Origin: Vicugna vicugna
Lineage: Eukaryota
Assembly: GCA_013265495.1 (NCBI GenBank)
Contig: MU058584.1
Coordinates: 3,786,508-3,850,507 of the forward strand
Length of the DNA: 64,000 bases
Direction of reading: 5' to 3'
Position numbers and translations under genes: made by a program. Numbering within the stretch: position 1 is the stretch's first letter; every line of letters begins with the position of its first letter. This document shows, in pieces, positions 1 to 13,480 of this stretch. The notes under the pieces are model-generated. The model was not told the DNA's origin and ran no database searches. It saw only the letters and a program-made list of their open reading frames with translations.

Positions 1-782
1 CCTATTGGAGGGCTGTTCTAAGGAATGCATGAGAACGTCTGGAAATAGCCTGGTGTGTAATAGCTCTGGGATGTTCTCACTGTTTCTTCTTCCTACCGCT
101 CCACCCCATTGAAAGCAATTAGGAATGAAGACATAGGATTCAGTTCAGTTCCCAAGTGGATAGATAGTAGTTAAGGGAGCATATACCTTTAAAGGTAAGT
201 GGGAGGAATATACAGGGAGAAGACTAAAGGAGAAGTGGTTGGGGAAAGAAGAATTTCATCTTTAGGTTTACCAGTCACTTTAAAATTCACTAGGACAGCC
301 CAGCCCTTTTCCTTGTTTTGAGATAACAGAAAAACACATTTTCCGACTTACACTTATGAGAGTTGCTACTTAGGACACGTCAAATAGATACTTTTTTCTG
401 TATGTATGTAAAACATTAAAAAGGTAGAATTTGGAGACTTTTCTCCTCTGAGAAATACATAAATACTTTGCTCTGTCAAGGGCCTCATGGCCTGTTCATG
501 GACCCCTGGCTAAGACTCCTTTAGCCCAGATTTTCTTCACCTGGTATTTCTTGCTCTGTAAGGAATAACTTTTTAAAGTACCTTAGACAGTTTGGCAAGC
601 TTTTTGATAGTCATCATGTTATCAAAGTTTAAAAAAAATCCTCTATGACGGTTAATCTTCTATAATTTTGCATAGCAGTAACAGTTACCTATGTTATGAT
701 TTGGTCAGCCTATGGAATATTACTGTAGTACAACCAGAGAGCTTCCAGATTTCTGCTTCTCTCAAAATATTTTGTATTGCAG

Positions 783-824
783 GTGAAATTCCACGAGGAT
801 TTCGATTTCATTGTCAGGCTGCAA
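783..824 (+). CDS. MAEL: MAEL coding exon (human exon 5 equivalent): (G)EIPRGFRFHCQAA(S). Upstream exons lie outside the window.
   Basis: ttgcag|GTGAAATT...GCTGCAA|gtaagt, 42 bp. Matches mammalian MAEL peptide GEIPRGFRFHCQAAS. Confidence 0.95.
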
Positions 825-2829
825 GTAAGTATAAACGAATGGGGTAGAATATAGGCACTGAATGTGTGCGTACCTGGTTAAGACACTGCTTTAAACAGAC
901 ACATAAAACATCGATTGGGGAAGAGTAACTTTAAGTATTGTTGGAGAATCTTTATAGAAGTGGTAGATGGTGTATGTGATCCTGAAAAACTAAAATTATA
1001 TAGACTGATAGGATAATATCCCTTTTCCCTTTATGAGGATTGTGTTTTTATTTTCTGTTTGTATCCTTTGGCCTGAAGATCAGCGGCTTTCACTGGCCAG
1101 GTACTTAGGTCTTTTAAGAGTTATCATAGTGTCTAGATTTAGGGCCATTCACAGGAATGTCCATTCGAAAGTAAGGGGGGAAAAACTTGATGCTTCGAAA
1201 CTAATAGGATAGTGTTAAACAGACAAAATAGCTATGAATTAACTTCTCAGAGGAGGAAAACACGTTTCTATTTTAAATATCTTGCAGCCAAAGGTTGTGA
1301 CCGTTTATACTTAGGCTCTTGAACTCTTCTGGAACCTAGATTTCATCCAGTTTCTTGTTCGATTAAAATGGAAATCATGATAATACGTTTGCTTTTTTAA
1401 TTTTAATTGTGTCTTTTTTTCTTAAAAAAAAACAGTAGGAGTGTTTGAAAGTAGAAATAGGTTTTTCAAATCTGCCATAACAAGCAGCTGTTTTGTAATA
1501 TTTGTAATACTGTTTTTTAATAAATGAGGAGAATATTTTACACTCATTTTTGGTCATGTCCTTTGAGTTTTTTCCAGTCTCAGTGAAAAATATCTACTAG
1601 TCCTTTTTTTGTCTGCTTGAGATCAGGGCAGTAGGCTTTGGAACAAGGACTTTAAGGTAGTTTTTTGTTTTGTTTTTTCAGTAGGCCCCTTTATGTAGCT
1701 TTGAGTGAAAAAATTATAGAAGAAAAATTCTGTTGTAACTTTCAGGTGTGAACCTAGTTGATCTCCCCAAGTGGTACGTTGTTTGAGGTTATTTGACTAA
1801 ACAGGTAGTAGTAAAAAACCAAAAACAGAAACTTAGCTGTTGAACTAATTTCACATTTTCACTTAAGCTCTGTTTCTGATTTGTTCATCTCCTGAGTACA
1901 CTGGAATCCTTCTGTCCCAGACACTCATTTGTGAGAATGTCCCCTTACTATTTCTTGTTTGGGTTCTGATTAAAATTTTTTAAATCCCTTATTTTTTAAA
2001 GGCTTATTTTTTACAATCTTTTCAAATTAACTGATTAACAGAAAGTGTGGTTCTTAAAAACAAACCTATTAAGGACTCTAGGAATGTTTTCTTGAGTTAT
2101 TTTTCAAACTAATTAAAACTGAGCACAATGTTTTTCATTCAAGAAACTTATGGTCCTTGGAGCTCACCAGTTTAAGCATGTCTTAAATTGCCAATTTGAT
2201 ACCCCTGGGAAATGTGCCAATTAAATAAGATAAATGACTGTATTAAAGTGACAGCTATGTCGACATAATAACTGAAAATGGCTCGGCTAGTGTAATCAAG
2301 CTGATGCTTAGGAAAAGACCGTGCTCCATACCGTCACACACTGAAGCAAATTTACACGTGGGTACAATTTGATTAGTAGCTAAGAAATGTGCGTGTAGAT
2401 CTTTCAAATGCTTCTGTGCTAGTCTGGCCTTTTATGATGTATGTGTAATTGAAATCAAGTGAATGCTTCATGGGCATTATGGTTTAGCACATTGGAATCG
2501 AAGAATTTCAAAAGATTGGAAGAGATTCTGATACGGACCCCATTGATTCCTCGCTCCCCCCCCTCCACCACCCAGTTCGTTCCTCTGAAGGGGACTTCGG
2601 GTTCTTGATGAGTGTGTTGCGGGTAGGAGGTTTGGGCCCTTCTCACTCTCCCCCGCTTCTCCAGAGGAGGCGCTGCTTTTATCCATTTTACTAGTTAATG
2701 ATTTTGAGAGAGAAGTTCTGCTTTCAAACAAGCGGAGCCTTGAAAACTGCTTTCAGCTTCCTGTACAAAAAGTCTATCAGCTTTTTGAATGAAGCTTCAG
2801 GCACAATAAAGAGTATAACATTCACTTAA

Positions 2830-4900
2830 GATATAAAGGTATAAAGAATGTTAATGAACAGCAGTGCACCTGCCAGTCAGCTGAAGACAGCACACTGCCT
2901 TTATCATTGAAGGCCTCTGATTGCTCCCTCATTGTATCGCCCCTCTTAAGAGAACCACTATTCTGAATTGTGTCTTCCTTTGTTTTACGAATAAGTTTAC
3001 TATAAATACGTATTTAAATAGTATATTTACTTTTCCTTGTTTGAACTTTTATATAACTTAACGTGTATATTTCTTCACCTTTTTTTTTTTAACTCATCAG
3101 TGTCTTTTCCCCATTTCTCTATTGGATTGTTTGTCATCTTTATTGGTTTATGGAAGTTTATTATATATATATGTTTTTATTGATTAATTGTGTACAGATA
3201 CCTATTTTCAGTCTGCCTTGCGTCTTTTACTCTCGCTATGGTGTCTTAATGAATAAAGGTTTTTAGTTCAGTAAATGAATCTTCTCTCATGGTTTGTGGG
3301 GTTTTTTGTCTTAAGAATTCCATTCTACCTGAAGGCCATGAAGACATATTTTCTTCTAAAGTTTTTTCATATCCAGGTTCTTATTCCACCTGGAATTGAC
3401 TTGTGCATGATGTAAGGTAGAGATATAGTTTGATTTTTTTCCCCTTGTGGACAATCAGTTGTCTCAGCATCACTTATGAATAATCAGCTTGTTCCCCAAC
3501 ATGTAGTGCCACCTGTATCATACCTCATTTCTGTTGATGCATGAGTCTTTTTGATACCTTCTGTTCTATTGGTCGGCTTGTTTTTTGGTGCCCGTATCAT
3601 ATTGTTAAACACAATATTTTGACAATATTTGCTTGACTTTGTTCTTTTGGAATATTATGGCTATTCTTGACCCTTTGCTATTCCACATACAATTTAGAAT
3701 CAGTTTATCATGTTTCACACAAAAAGCCTTGTTGAGATTTAGAACCTCAGGATTTGGAATCCCTGGATTCAAGCCTCAGGATTTTGAATCATCTTTAAGT
3801 CTTTAGATCATTTTGGAGAAAACTGACAGCTTCATGATATTAATTCTGTACATGAACACGGGGCTACTCTTTTATTTTTTAAATCTGTAATGCTTTACAA
3901 TGAAGTCTTATAAATTTCTCCTTAATGATCTCAATATCTTATTAGTTACAGCTTATCATTTTTGTTGCTATTGTAAATGATATCTCTTAAAATTATATTT
4001 TCTGTTTACATTTGTATTTGGGTTTTATCCCACCTTTGCTATGAAGTCTGAGTTTTTAGTAAATTCCTTATATAATCACATCTGTGAAATGATTTTTTTC
4101 TAATCTATGTCTTTTATTTAAAAAATTTGAAACTTGTTTTGTGCTAATGTGCTGGCTAAGTACTCCAGTTTCTAATGTTTCACCAGTGAGTATGCTGTTT
4201 ACTATAGTTTTTTTTTTGTCTTATTTTTAGTATATACTCTTTGTCAGAATAAAGTCCCTTTCTGTTCCTAGTTTGCCTGGAGGTATCAGTTGCACATTTT
4301 GATGAATTCTCTTTCTGTATCTTGGATTTGTGTCTTTCATAGTGTTAAACCAACCTTACATTCCAGAAACAAATCCAGATTGGTCATTGTATAACTCTGA
4401 AATAAATTGCTGAATTTGGTTTGCAAATATTTTGCTTTAGGATTTGTGCATTCATGTCAAAGACAGGCTAATGTTAATTTTGTTATCAAGATTATTTTGC
4501 TATCCTAAAATGGATTGGGGATTGTATTTTCAGTTTTTGAGTTTACATTTGGTTCTTTCTTATGATGATTCTGTTGAAATTATCAGTATATTTTATTTCA
4601 TTGAACATAATAAGCCTCATTATTTTAAAGCCTTATGTCTGATAACCCTATTACAGGGATCTTCTTTTTGGATATATTTTTATAATCTGTGGGTTATCTT
4701 GATGTTTAATCAAGTTTTCAGCTCTTCATATGACTGGTTTTTTTTGAGTGCTGAACAGTACATATGAAAACTTGTTATTCCTCTCCAAAGATTTATGATT
4801 GTTTCTGGCAGAAAGCTAGAGTGTCTAGCCATCTCGGGTTGTTTTAATCCAATTTCAGAGATTGAGATAATTTAAAATTGGGTTCAGATTTATGAGAGTC
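2830..4900 (-). mobile_element. Old L1 (L1M-type) ORF2/3' fragments, antisense, in MAEL intron 5
   Basis: T-rich L1 antisense text such as ggctattcttgaccctttgctattccacatacaatttagaatcagttt. No ORF. Confidence 0.7.
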
Positions 4901-6253
4901 AGTCTATTGCTAGTTGATCTTTACGTTAAAAAAAAAAGAGGAGGAAGGTGGACAGATTACCACTAAAGAATCATCAGTAAAATTTACACCTGACTTCATA
5001 GCATAAACAGTGGAGGCCAGAAGACAATTGGATATTTTTTAATTTATAAATTTTATATATACACAAGTAATGCTTTAAATTCTTACTAGCTCTAGGTCTG
5101 CTGAAAACATCTCAGTTTCTTGGCCTCTATATTTTCTCTTGTAGAATTGGTAAATGCTCAAATCACCAACAAACCCAAATGCCAGATTCAACTCTCTAGG
5201 ATTTCTTCCTTTCTAAGATCTGGGCCCATAATCCGTCATTTCACCCCTGCAGTGCTTTCAAGAGGGTGTTTCATATGTTCAGCTTTTCCCAGTCTGTCAT
5301 TATCAGAAGTTGAACTCTTCCTATATTCTTTTTTATGGTTTACAATTTTATGCTGAAATTCGTAATTTGATCTCATCAAATTTATTTACTATTTAAAAAT
5401 TTGTGTCCTATATAACTTCAGCATCTGGAATACCTTTAGATCTCTATCAACTCTGTTTTGGTTCTCAATCTTGTTTCTTTGTGTACCTGGTTATTCATAT
5501 ACATTATTTGAAAAAAAAAAGATTTAAGTTAATTTGAGGCTTATAATCTTCTCTTCCTCCAGAGAGGATATATGTTTGCTTTTTTAAGACACCTTGGGTC
5601 TCACAAACCAGGGCCCAGATCTGTCAGAGGCACACTTCTCAGCCATTAAACTTCCTCTTCTGGGACCAGCAAATGACTCCAGGGGGAAAACTGCCCCAAA
5701 AGCTGGGCGCACCTCTCTGGGTTTCTGTATTTTCTTGCATCTTGATCTAGTAATTCCTTGCTACTCTAGGTGCTCTTGATATCCTTAAGCATTTTAAATT
5801 TTTGTGGGAAGGTTAGTCTGAATTACTTGGTCCAGTTCTTACTGGGAGTGGAAATACTCATCTTAGCAACCATTTAAAAAGCAGTCATTACTATTAAAGT
5901 CTCCAGCCTTGTTAATAAACCATCCATGAAAGGTCACATAGGAACAGTGAAAACGCGGTATAGGCTCGATCACCTAACAGACCTGGGTTTGAGTCCAGAC
6001 TCCACTGTTAGCCAGCTGTTAACTTGCTGCTAACTTCTGTGGCTCTCAGTGGTCTCTTCTCTAGTATGTGTGTATTACCTGCCTCATCAGATTATGGGAT
6101 AAAGTATGTCAAGTACCTGACCGTACCAGGCTTGGTACAAGTGCTTAGATACAAGTTACCCACTACTCCCTTCCTACCCCTACTTCTGTAACTACTTCAT
6201 AATGTTTGTCTTGGTCACATTTTTAACTCCTACCTCCTGTTTATTTCCTTCAG

Positions 6254-6378
6254 GTGATTCTAGTCACAAGATTCCTATTTCACACTTTGAATCTGGGCAT
6301 GGCCAGGCAACTGTGTTACAAAACCTTTATAGATTTATTCATCCAAACCCAGGGAACTGGCCACCCATCTACTGCAAG
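6254..6378 (+). CDS. MAEL: MAEL exon 6: SDSSHKIPISHFESGHGQATVLQNLYRFIHPNPGNWPPIYCK
   Basis: ttcag|GT...AAG|gtaatt, 125 bp. Phase joins the previous exon. Confidence 0.97.
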
Positions 6379-7179
6379 GTAATTTCAATGTATGAATTTC
6401 TTATAAGGCATCCACTTAGAAACCAAAAGATCTATGAAAGATACCCAAAGAAAGAAGTTTTGTCTGTGTATTAGCTGTGTCTGTTAAAACATGTTCATTC
6501 TTAGTTCTTTGAATGCAGTTAGGGGTAATGCCTTTCCTTCTAAATTTCTCTGGTATTGGAGGTATTTTGAAGACTGCAAAAACTGAATATGTTTCAACTT
6601 TGTCAGATCTCATGTTTTTAGTTCCTCTTTCTGAAATATTTTCAATATCTTTTTTACCCTGAAGGATGGTTTTCTAGTCTGTATACCTGTCCTTCAAGGG
6701 AAGAATGCTATTTATTCAAATTCGTTTTTGTAGCAATCCCTTGATCATCTTTTTATAATCTTTATCCTTTGTTTTGTCTAAATTCTTCTAGGCTAGGTGT
6801 CATAAAATTGAGTTTTAACCTTACTCTTTATTAGTATCACCATGAACACAAAATTACCATATTTATCTTTTTCTGAGCATATGTTTCTTCATTTGCCTAC
6901 CGTAAGTCTCACTTGCTGTTCATAAAGTATGTTAACATTGCTTTATGAACATAACTGGTTATTAACATCAGTGGTCTTTTCTGCTGTATGTTGCTCTTTT
7001 TCACAGTTCTCATTTAGTTGTCACAAACTCCTTAGTCTCTCCCTTCCCACCCAACGCCTAGCCCACCCTCCCCTCCCCTATATTCAATATCTCATAATAA
7101 CACAGTTTGAAAGGACTGCATTAATTAAAAGTAACTCAGGATGGGAGAAAATATAAGTAAATTATTTTTCCTTTTCCAG

Positions 7180-7234
7180 TCTGATGATAGAGCTAGAGTC
7201 AACTGGTGTTTGAAGCATATGGAGAAATCATCAG
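7180..7234 (+). CDS. MAEL: MAEL exon 7: SDDRARVNWCLKHMEKSS
   Basis: ttccag|TCTGAT...TCAG|gtaagt, 55 bp. Confidence 0.96.
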
Positions 7235-7353
7235 GTAAGTAATACTGGGTCACTGCTCAGGTGCAGTTTAATGTCTGTATTTGTTTTCATGTTGGTGTAC
7301 ACATTCTGTGTACCTAGACTCACTGATTGTGTGTTTCTGTTTACCAATGGAAG

Positions 7354-7495
7354 AAATCAGGCAAGAGCTAGAACTCCTCACTGTAGAGGATCTTGTAGTG
7401 GGGATCTACCAGCAAAAGTTTCTCAAGGAGCCTTCCAAGACCTGGGTTCGGAGCCTCCTCGATGTGGCCATGTGGGATTATTCTAGCAACACAAG
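7354..7495 (+). CDS. MAEL: MAEL exon 8: EIRQELELLTVEDLVVGIYQQKFLKEPSKTWVRSLLDVAMWDYSSNT(R)
   Basis: atggaag|AAATC...ACAAG|gtattt, 142 bp. Frame continuous with exons 7 and 9. Confidence 0.95.
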
Positions 7496-7834
7496 GTATT
7501 TACAGTGATTTGGTGATAGTGATGTTGACTTCTTTTCTGGACTGAGAAAATACGGTAGGATTAGTTTTTACCATTTTAGGCAGTATTTTCCTATGAAACT
7601 TTGGAATCATTGTATTTTCTTGAACATAAGATTTCATTGATTGTAAGTTACACTGTTACCTTGTCTGTCACTAAAAACAAACAAAAAAAAAACTACCAAA
7701 TAAACTGACAGTGCTTTATCACTTAGAATTTCTATACTGGTGAAAGACTATTTTATATTTATTTATATAGATGTTTTACTACATAGAATTCTTGTACTTA
7801 CAAGAACTATATAAGTGAAATAAATTGGAAATTT

Positions 7835-9130
7835 TTTTATTTTGAAATAATTTCAGGCTTACAGAAAAGTTTTAAGACTAGTACAAGAAAGTTACAGATA
7901 CTATTCTCTTAGATTTCCAAGTTAATAATTTAATACATTTTCTTCATATCTTTCTTTATACACACACAAACTTTTTTCTCAACCACTTGAGAGTAAGTTG
8001 CTGTCACAGTGCCTTTTCATCCCTAAATGTCAGTGTGTGGTTCCTAAGAACAAGAACATAAATGTATATATTTAATAAATAAATATACATATAGCCACGA
8101 TACAATTATCAGAACAGGATATTGCCATTAATACAATACTACTATCTAATCTAAAGGCCACATTCATATTTTGCTATTGTTCCACTAATGTCTTTTACAG
8201 CAAAAAAAAAATCTTTTTTTTATTGTTAAGTGTTTAGTAGAGTGAATTTTCTCTTAAACGTGGCTTGCAGTGCACCCCATAAGTTGTTGACTTAATATTT
8301 TGTCATTGAAAAAAATTTAGTTTCAACTCTCTTTAACCCAAGAGATAATATGAGGCTTTTAAATGTCCGGATGGAAAGCCTTTCTGGTTTCTGTTAGTAA
8401 ATTCTAGTATCTTTGCATTGTGATCAAAGTATCATTTATAACATTTCTGCCTTATGAAGTTATAGTGCTCTACAGTTTTTTGCTAATTTAATGTATAATC
8501 AATTTTTGTGAATGTTTTGTGGAAACGTGAGAAGAGAAGAATACGGATTGTTTATTATCAGGGTGCAGAGTTTGATAAGTCTCCATAGGATTCACCTTAC
8601 TATGTCTGAACTGCCTTATCTCTTCATTTACATTTTGTCTACTTGACCTGTCTTATATGGAGAGTGGTGTAAAGTCTCATGACTACTGTTTCTGTCTGTC
8701 TCATTATGTCGCCTATAGTTTTAAGCTGGTTGCTGTGTTATCTGATGCCTTTACAGAAGTTTGCTGAATCTTGATCTAGTAGATTGACCCAGGGCTCTCG
8801 GGAACATGTGTGCTTGCATGTTGAAAACTTTTCTGTTGGTTCACGTTCTATTTCCGTGAGTTTCTAGAAAATGACTACTGCACTGTTGCATTGCTTTGTG
8901 TTGCTGTTTAGAAGTTTGGACATTTAATTCTCTTGACCTTTTAAGTTATTTGATCTTTTACCTTGAGACCTTAAGAAGATTTTTTTCATCTTTAAAGTCT
9001 AATCGTTTTGCTAGGCTATTTCTCTGAGTATATTATTGCAGGTCAGTTTTTCCACGTGTTTGGTGGGCTCTTTTAGTATGCAGTGTCAGATCTTATTTCT
9101 GGAAATTTTTCTTAGATTGTAGTTTAATTG
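7835..9130 (-). mobile_element. Old L1 fragments (L1MC-like 3' end, then ORF2 endonuclease region), antisense
   Basis: Resemblance to recalled L1MC4 and L1 ORF2 consensus. Degenerate. Confidence 0.6.
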
Positions 9131-9147
9131 TTCCATTAACTTATTCT

Positions 9148-9305
9148 TCTGTATAGCACAGGGAACTATACTCAATATCTCATAATAACCTTTAATGAAA
9201 AAGAATTTGAACATGAATATATGTATGTATATGCACGACTGGGACATTGTGCTCTACACCAGAAATTGACACATTGTAACTGTACTTCAATATTAAAAAA
9301 AAAAC
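9148..9305 (+). mobile_element. 5'-truncated artiodactyl/camelid L1 3' end
   Basis: ctgtatagcacagggaactatactcaatatct...gaaattgacacattgtaactg followed by an A tail. Confidence 0.85.
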
Positions 9306-9481
9306 AACTTGTTTTAAAAAAACCTTTTTTGTGTGTTAAATTATAAACCTTAATCTTTGAGCAATAGTGTCAGTTTTTCTTAAATAATTCATCTTAAATA
9401 AGCTAAAAACCTGGCATATAAAACCCATAAGCAATGCTACTTCAGTTAGATCAGGATATTAAAGTCTTTTTTTTTGTGCAG

Positions 9482-9544
9482 GTGCAAGTGGCATGAAGAA
9501 AATGACATTCTCTTCTGTGCTTTAGCTGTCTGCAAGAAAATCGC
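9482..9544 (+). CDS. MAEL: MAEL exon 9: CKWHEENDILFCALAVCKKI(A). Contains the C-x2-H...C residues of the MAEL-domain ECHC zinc motif.
   Basis: gtgcag|GTGCAAG...ATCGC|gtaagt, 63 bp. Confidence 0.96.
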
Positions 9545-10292
9545 GTAAGTTGGAGAAAGGAGTTTCTTCTTAATACTGTTTTGCATTGAATACTTTGCCA
9601 CTTTGCTTGCTGTTGCTTTGGCAATTGGGGTGAATCACTGTTCACCTCTGTTTCCACAATTCTCTTTTAAAACAAAGGTTTTTTTTTTAATCATACTACT
9701 TTTATTATTCTCCCCATCTCACTACTTAATCAGGTATAGTTACCACCTGAGCAGTTTGGCTGAGCCTTCAGAAGCACTTACTGAAATGTTTTCCTTCTAG
9801 GATTCTTGTAGGAAAATGAAATTCCCTCCTCTCATGAAGAACAGCCCTTCCTTGTGAAGGTGCTCAAGCAATACAGAGCCTTTTCTTCCCATTTTTCAGT
9901 GAAAGCACCTGCCACCTCAGATCTGTGGGATAAGCTCCCACAGATAGTTGCTTTTGAGGGTGAATAAGTGTTTTTACAGCTTTAGCCCTGTTTCTGGTAT
10001 TGCCTCTCCCTGCCTTAACTGTGTGAAAATTCTGCCCATCTTTACCCTCATTCCTGTTCCCTTATAATGTATCTGAAATTCTGTTTGGTAATCAGAGCAC
10101 TGCTTACCAGGAATGACCGATTTTATGATAATTACTACTTCCTATTCCCATTTCTTCTCCAAATCTTGAATTTTCTTTTTTCCCCTAATTTAGAACATGC
10201 TTTCTCTTTATGTTAGAAAATTTTAGATGTGAATGCTTTAGAATAAATTAAATGAGATTCTGATAATGAACATTTTAAATTTCCTTTTAAAG

Positions 10293-10425
10293 GTACTGCA
10301 TCAGTAACTCCCTGGCCACTCTCTTTGGGATCCAGCTCACAGAGGCTCATGTACCACTTCAAGATTATGAGGCCAGCAATAGTGTGACACCCAAAATGGT
10401 TGTACTGGATGCAGAGCGTTACCAG
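10293..10425 (+). CDS. MAEL: MAEL exon 10: YCISNSLATLFGIQLTEAHVPLQDYEASNSVTPKMVVLDAERYQ
   Basis: ttaaag|GTACTGC...TACCAG|gtaagg, 133 bp. Confidence 0.97.
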
Positions 10426-10856
10426 GTAAGGAGCTGACTTTTAGGAGCTGCTCATCTCTTACGTCCTGCTCAGTATGGTCCTGGTGAGCAGCAGCCAAAG
10501 ATTAGGACTTTGTTTGGCTCTCTTTTCTCTTAGACATTTTTTTTTAATCCTTTGTGGAATGTCGAACAGTTCTTAATCCAGTTGATGCTTGCATAAAATC
10601 CTTTTCCTTCCTAGTATGTTGATATCCCACTATATTTGACAGAGTTTTAAGAAAATTAAAGCTGGCAATTAGTGTTTATGCAAAACACATCCAAACATTT
10701 ATTCCAAAAACTTAATGATACAAATATTTAAAATGCCTACTTCAAAAATGTGTAAGACCTGATTCAGGATTTGATTAGAAGCTGTCTAGTGTCCCGACCA
10801 CCTCTCTCCCCTCCTTGCTGTTTCCTTACTTTAAGGCCTCTCTGCACTACTGAGAG

Positions 10857-11068
10857 CACAGCAGTTAAGAATATGGGCTCTTGAGTCAGAATTCGTGAAT
10901 TTCACTGCAGGCTCTGCTGTGTGACTCTGTGCAAGTTATTTGAGCTTTCTGTCCTTATCTGTATAATGGGAATAATAAGGACTAGTGGTTGTAGGATTAA
11001 ATACAGCAGTTTATGAAAGTACTAAGAACTCTGTCTTATTATTCATAATAAATGAATGTTGCTATTAC
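10857..11068 (+). mobile_element. MIR SINE
   Basis: gttaagaatatgggctcttgagtcaga...tgtgactctgtgcaagttattt core. Confidence 0.7.
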
Positions 11069-11099
11069 TTTAAAATAGTTAATAAAACTATACTAATGA

Positions 11100-11458
11100 A
11101 AAGGGAACCCCAGAATGGTTGTTTGATACAAATAACTATTAGGATCAATCTCAAAGGTATTACTCACGCTTAGCTAAAGCAGCAGTCTCAAGGTTATATA
11201 CTGGATGATTCCATTTATATGACATTCTTGAAAATACAAGTGAAACTAATGAACAGATCCGTGGTTCCCAAGGGTGAGGGGTTGGGAGCAGGCATGACTG
11301 TACAAGGATCGCACAGGAAGGTTTCTGAGGCGGTAAGATGCCTCTGTATCCCTATTACAATGGTGGTTTCATGAATCTCTTCATTTGTTAAAACTCATAG
11401 AAGTGTGCGCCCCCCAAAAGTCCATCTTACTCTATGGTAATTTAAAGAAATAAAAAAG
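11100..11458 (+). mobile_element. L1MC-like 3' end
   Basis: gattccatttatatgacattcttgaaaa...ttgttaaaactcatagaagtgt. Confidence 0.65.
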
Positions 11459-11518
11459 TTCCATATAGTCTCTGGGCAAGACTCTTCCTCTCCTCTCTAC
11501 TCTGTTAACCATTAACTC

Positions 11519-11729
11519 AGTGGTTCTTGACCACAGCCTGCTTTGTGTCCTTCAGGGGACATTTAGCAACATTTGCAGACATTTTTGGTTGTCATAACTG
11601 GGAAGGGAGTACTACTGGTATCCAGTAGGTAGATTCCAGGGATCCTGCTGAACATCTGACAGTGTGCAGGACAGCTTCCCAGACTAAGTATTAGCCTAAA
11701 ATGTCAGTGGTACCCAGGTGGGTAAAGTC
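11519..11729. mobile_element. MER20 (hAT-Charlie) DNA transposon
   Basis: cagtggttct...ggggacatttagcaacatttgcagacatttttggttgtcataactgg...ctgctgaacatct. Confidence 0.8.
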
Positions 11730-11749
11730 CACCTTAGCCCCATCATCAC

Positions 11750-13360
11750 CATCTGTGTTGAGACCACCAGAATTAGTCTCATTGTCCCCCTTTTCATTGT
11801 TGCATCGGTCACTGTGGAAGCTCAGGGTACCTAATCCTCAGTTGTCTCCTAGACTCATCTTGTTTGGTCGATTTTGCTTTTGAGCCCTCCCCAACTCCTA
11901 AGAAACTTTCCTCTGGGTCTTCTCAACTTCACTTGCCAGCAGAATCTCAGATCTCTTCCGCCTTTTCTCAGGAAGGTTTACCCACCCCCTTGGCTCTAAT
12001 TGAAATGTGGCTATCAGCTAAAGACGCTGCTTCCCTGTTAGCCCTTTTAAATGGCGACATCTTTTTTTTTTTTCTCATTTATCATAGATCTAGTTTTGAG
12101 GTATTTGTCATTGTTTAATATTGTTGTCTCCAGACTGACTTCCTCCTACCTTCTCCCTAAAATCCCTAGTCTTTGAATCTCATGCCATTCAGGCGTTAGT
12201 ACCTCATAACCCCTTTTTGGCATCAGTAGGCCCCTGAATTGGTTCCCATCATTCTTACAGCAACACCAAGCCAGGAGATCAAACAGTATTCCCATCAGAG
12301 TTCTTGACTTCAGTTTCCCCACAGGTAGTCCTTCCGACTGCCTGACCTCTCGGCTCCTTGACTCCTGCCGTACATTAAGTACCCCCTGCCTTTATCCCAC
12401 TGCGCCCCAGCAGCACCTCCTCCCTCATGTCAACTTCAAGCATCCAGCTACCATTGTCTCTCTCCCTGTGCCAGCAGTCCTTTGATCTCTACTGGGACCT
12501 TCAGTTCACTGTATGCCTCCACTGTCCTGTGCTCCTTTACAGGGTCACTGCATTGCACGGCTCCAGGGGTGCCATGCACACGTGGACGGTGCCGCAGCCT
12601 TGTGTCTCCTCCTCTCCCCACCTCACCCCTGCCCTTCATCTCCTTCCGCCCCAGCTTAGATTCCTTGCTTTGTTATTTCCATTCACTTTCACTGTCATTT
12701 CCATTGGCCCTTCATTCTTCACCATTCTTGGTTGATAGACACTAACCCTGATTAAAGCTAACGCTTCACCTGCTCTATTCCTATACATGTGAAGTTAACT
12801 GGGGCTCAAAAGAAGCTACCATACTGACTGGTATTAGATATTCATCACCACCAACTTCAAGTGAGCCTCAGCATTGCCTGGCAGTGTCCACTTCTCTAGT
12901 TTAACGAACCTCCCCCTCCCCTACACAGTTATTTCTCACCTTCTCTCACTTCGGACTTCCATCACCTCTTCTTCACCCTTATTCTAGCAATGCTCTTGCC
13001 CCCTTGCCCCCTCCCGATCTGAGAAAATAGAAGCAGTGAGGAGGGTTTCCACATATTGCTGCCTTTGCGCTGTCCGTATACTCTGCTTTTACTCCTGCTT
13101 TAACGCATGAATTGTCTGTGTTTCTATTTAAGACCAATCCTTTTATTTATATGTTAGGTCCCATTCTCTTACCTATCTGAGGGCGTGGCTCCAATAATTC
13201 CCTCCTCTTCTCCTGCATCATTGGGGTTTCTCTCTGTTCTGAATCGTTCTTATCAGCAAACATGCTATAATGTCATATTTAAAAATAACCCTTTCTTGAC
13301 CCTGTAATTCCCTTCAGGGATTACTCTCTGCTCTCCTTTACAGCAGTACTCTTCAAAAGT
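11750..13360 (+). mobile_element. L2 LINE fragments
   Basis: CT-rich, degenerate L2 ORF2-like text. Confidence 0.6.
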
Positions 13361-13480
13361 TGATCAGACACTGGAAAAGTGGGTGTTAGTTTGCATTTAA
13401 AGAGTGATCTGAAATTGAAGTAGATGATCCAATAATAAGAAATAAACGTGTTTTCCCCTGGTATTTTCTGTTACTTACAG

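Noticed and set aside
2477-2731. 84-aa ORF on the - strand, considered as a retrocopy or nested gene
   Set aside because: No recognisable protein, poly(A) tail or TSD. The region is kept only as a candidate non-coding element.
6202-6474. ORF-track starts and ends extending beyond real exons (also 44844..45188, 39240..39617, 33463..33729, 48258..48446)
   Set aside because: Intronic extensions. Boundaries were set from the AG/GT sites and phase continuity.
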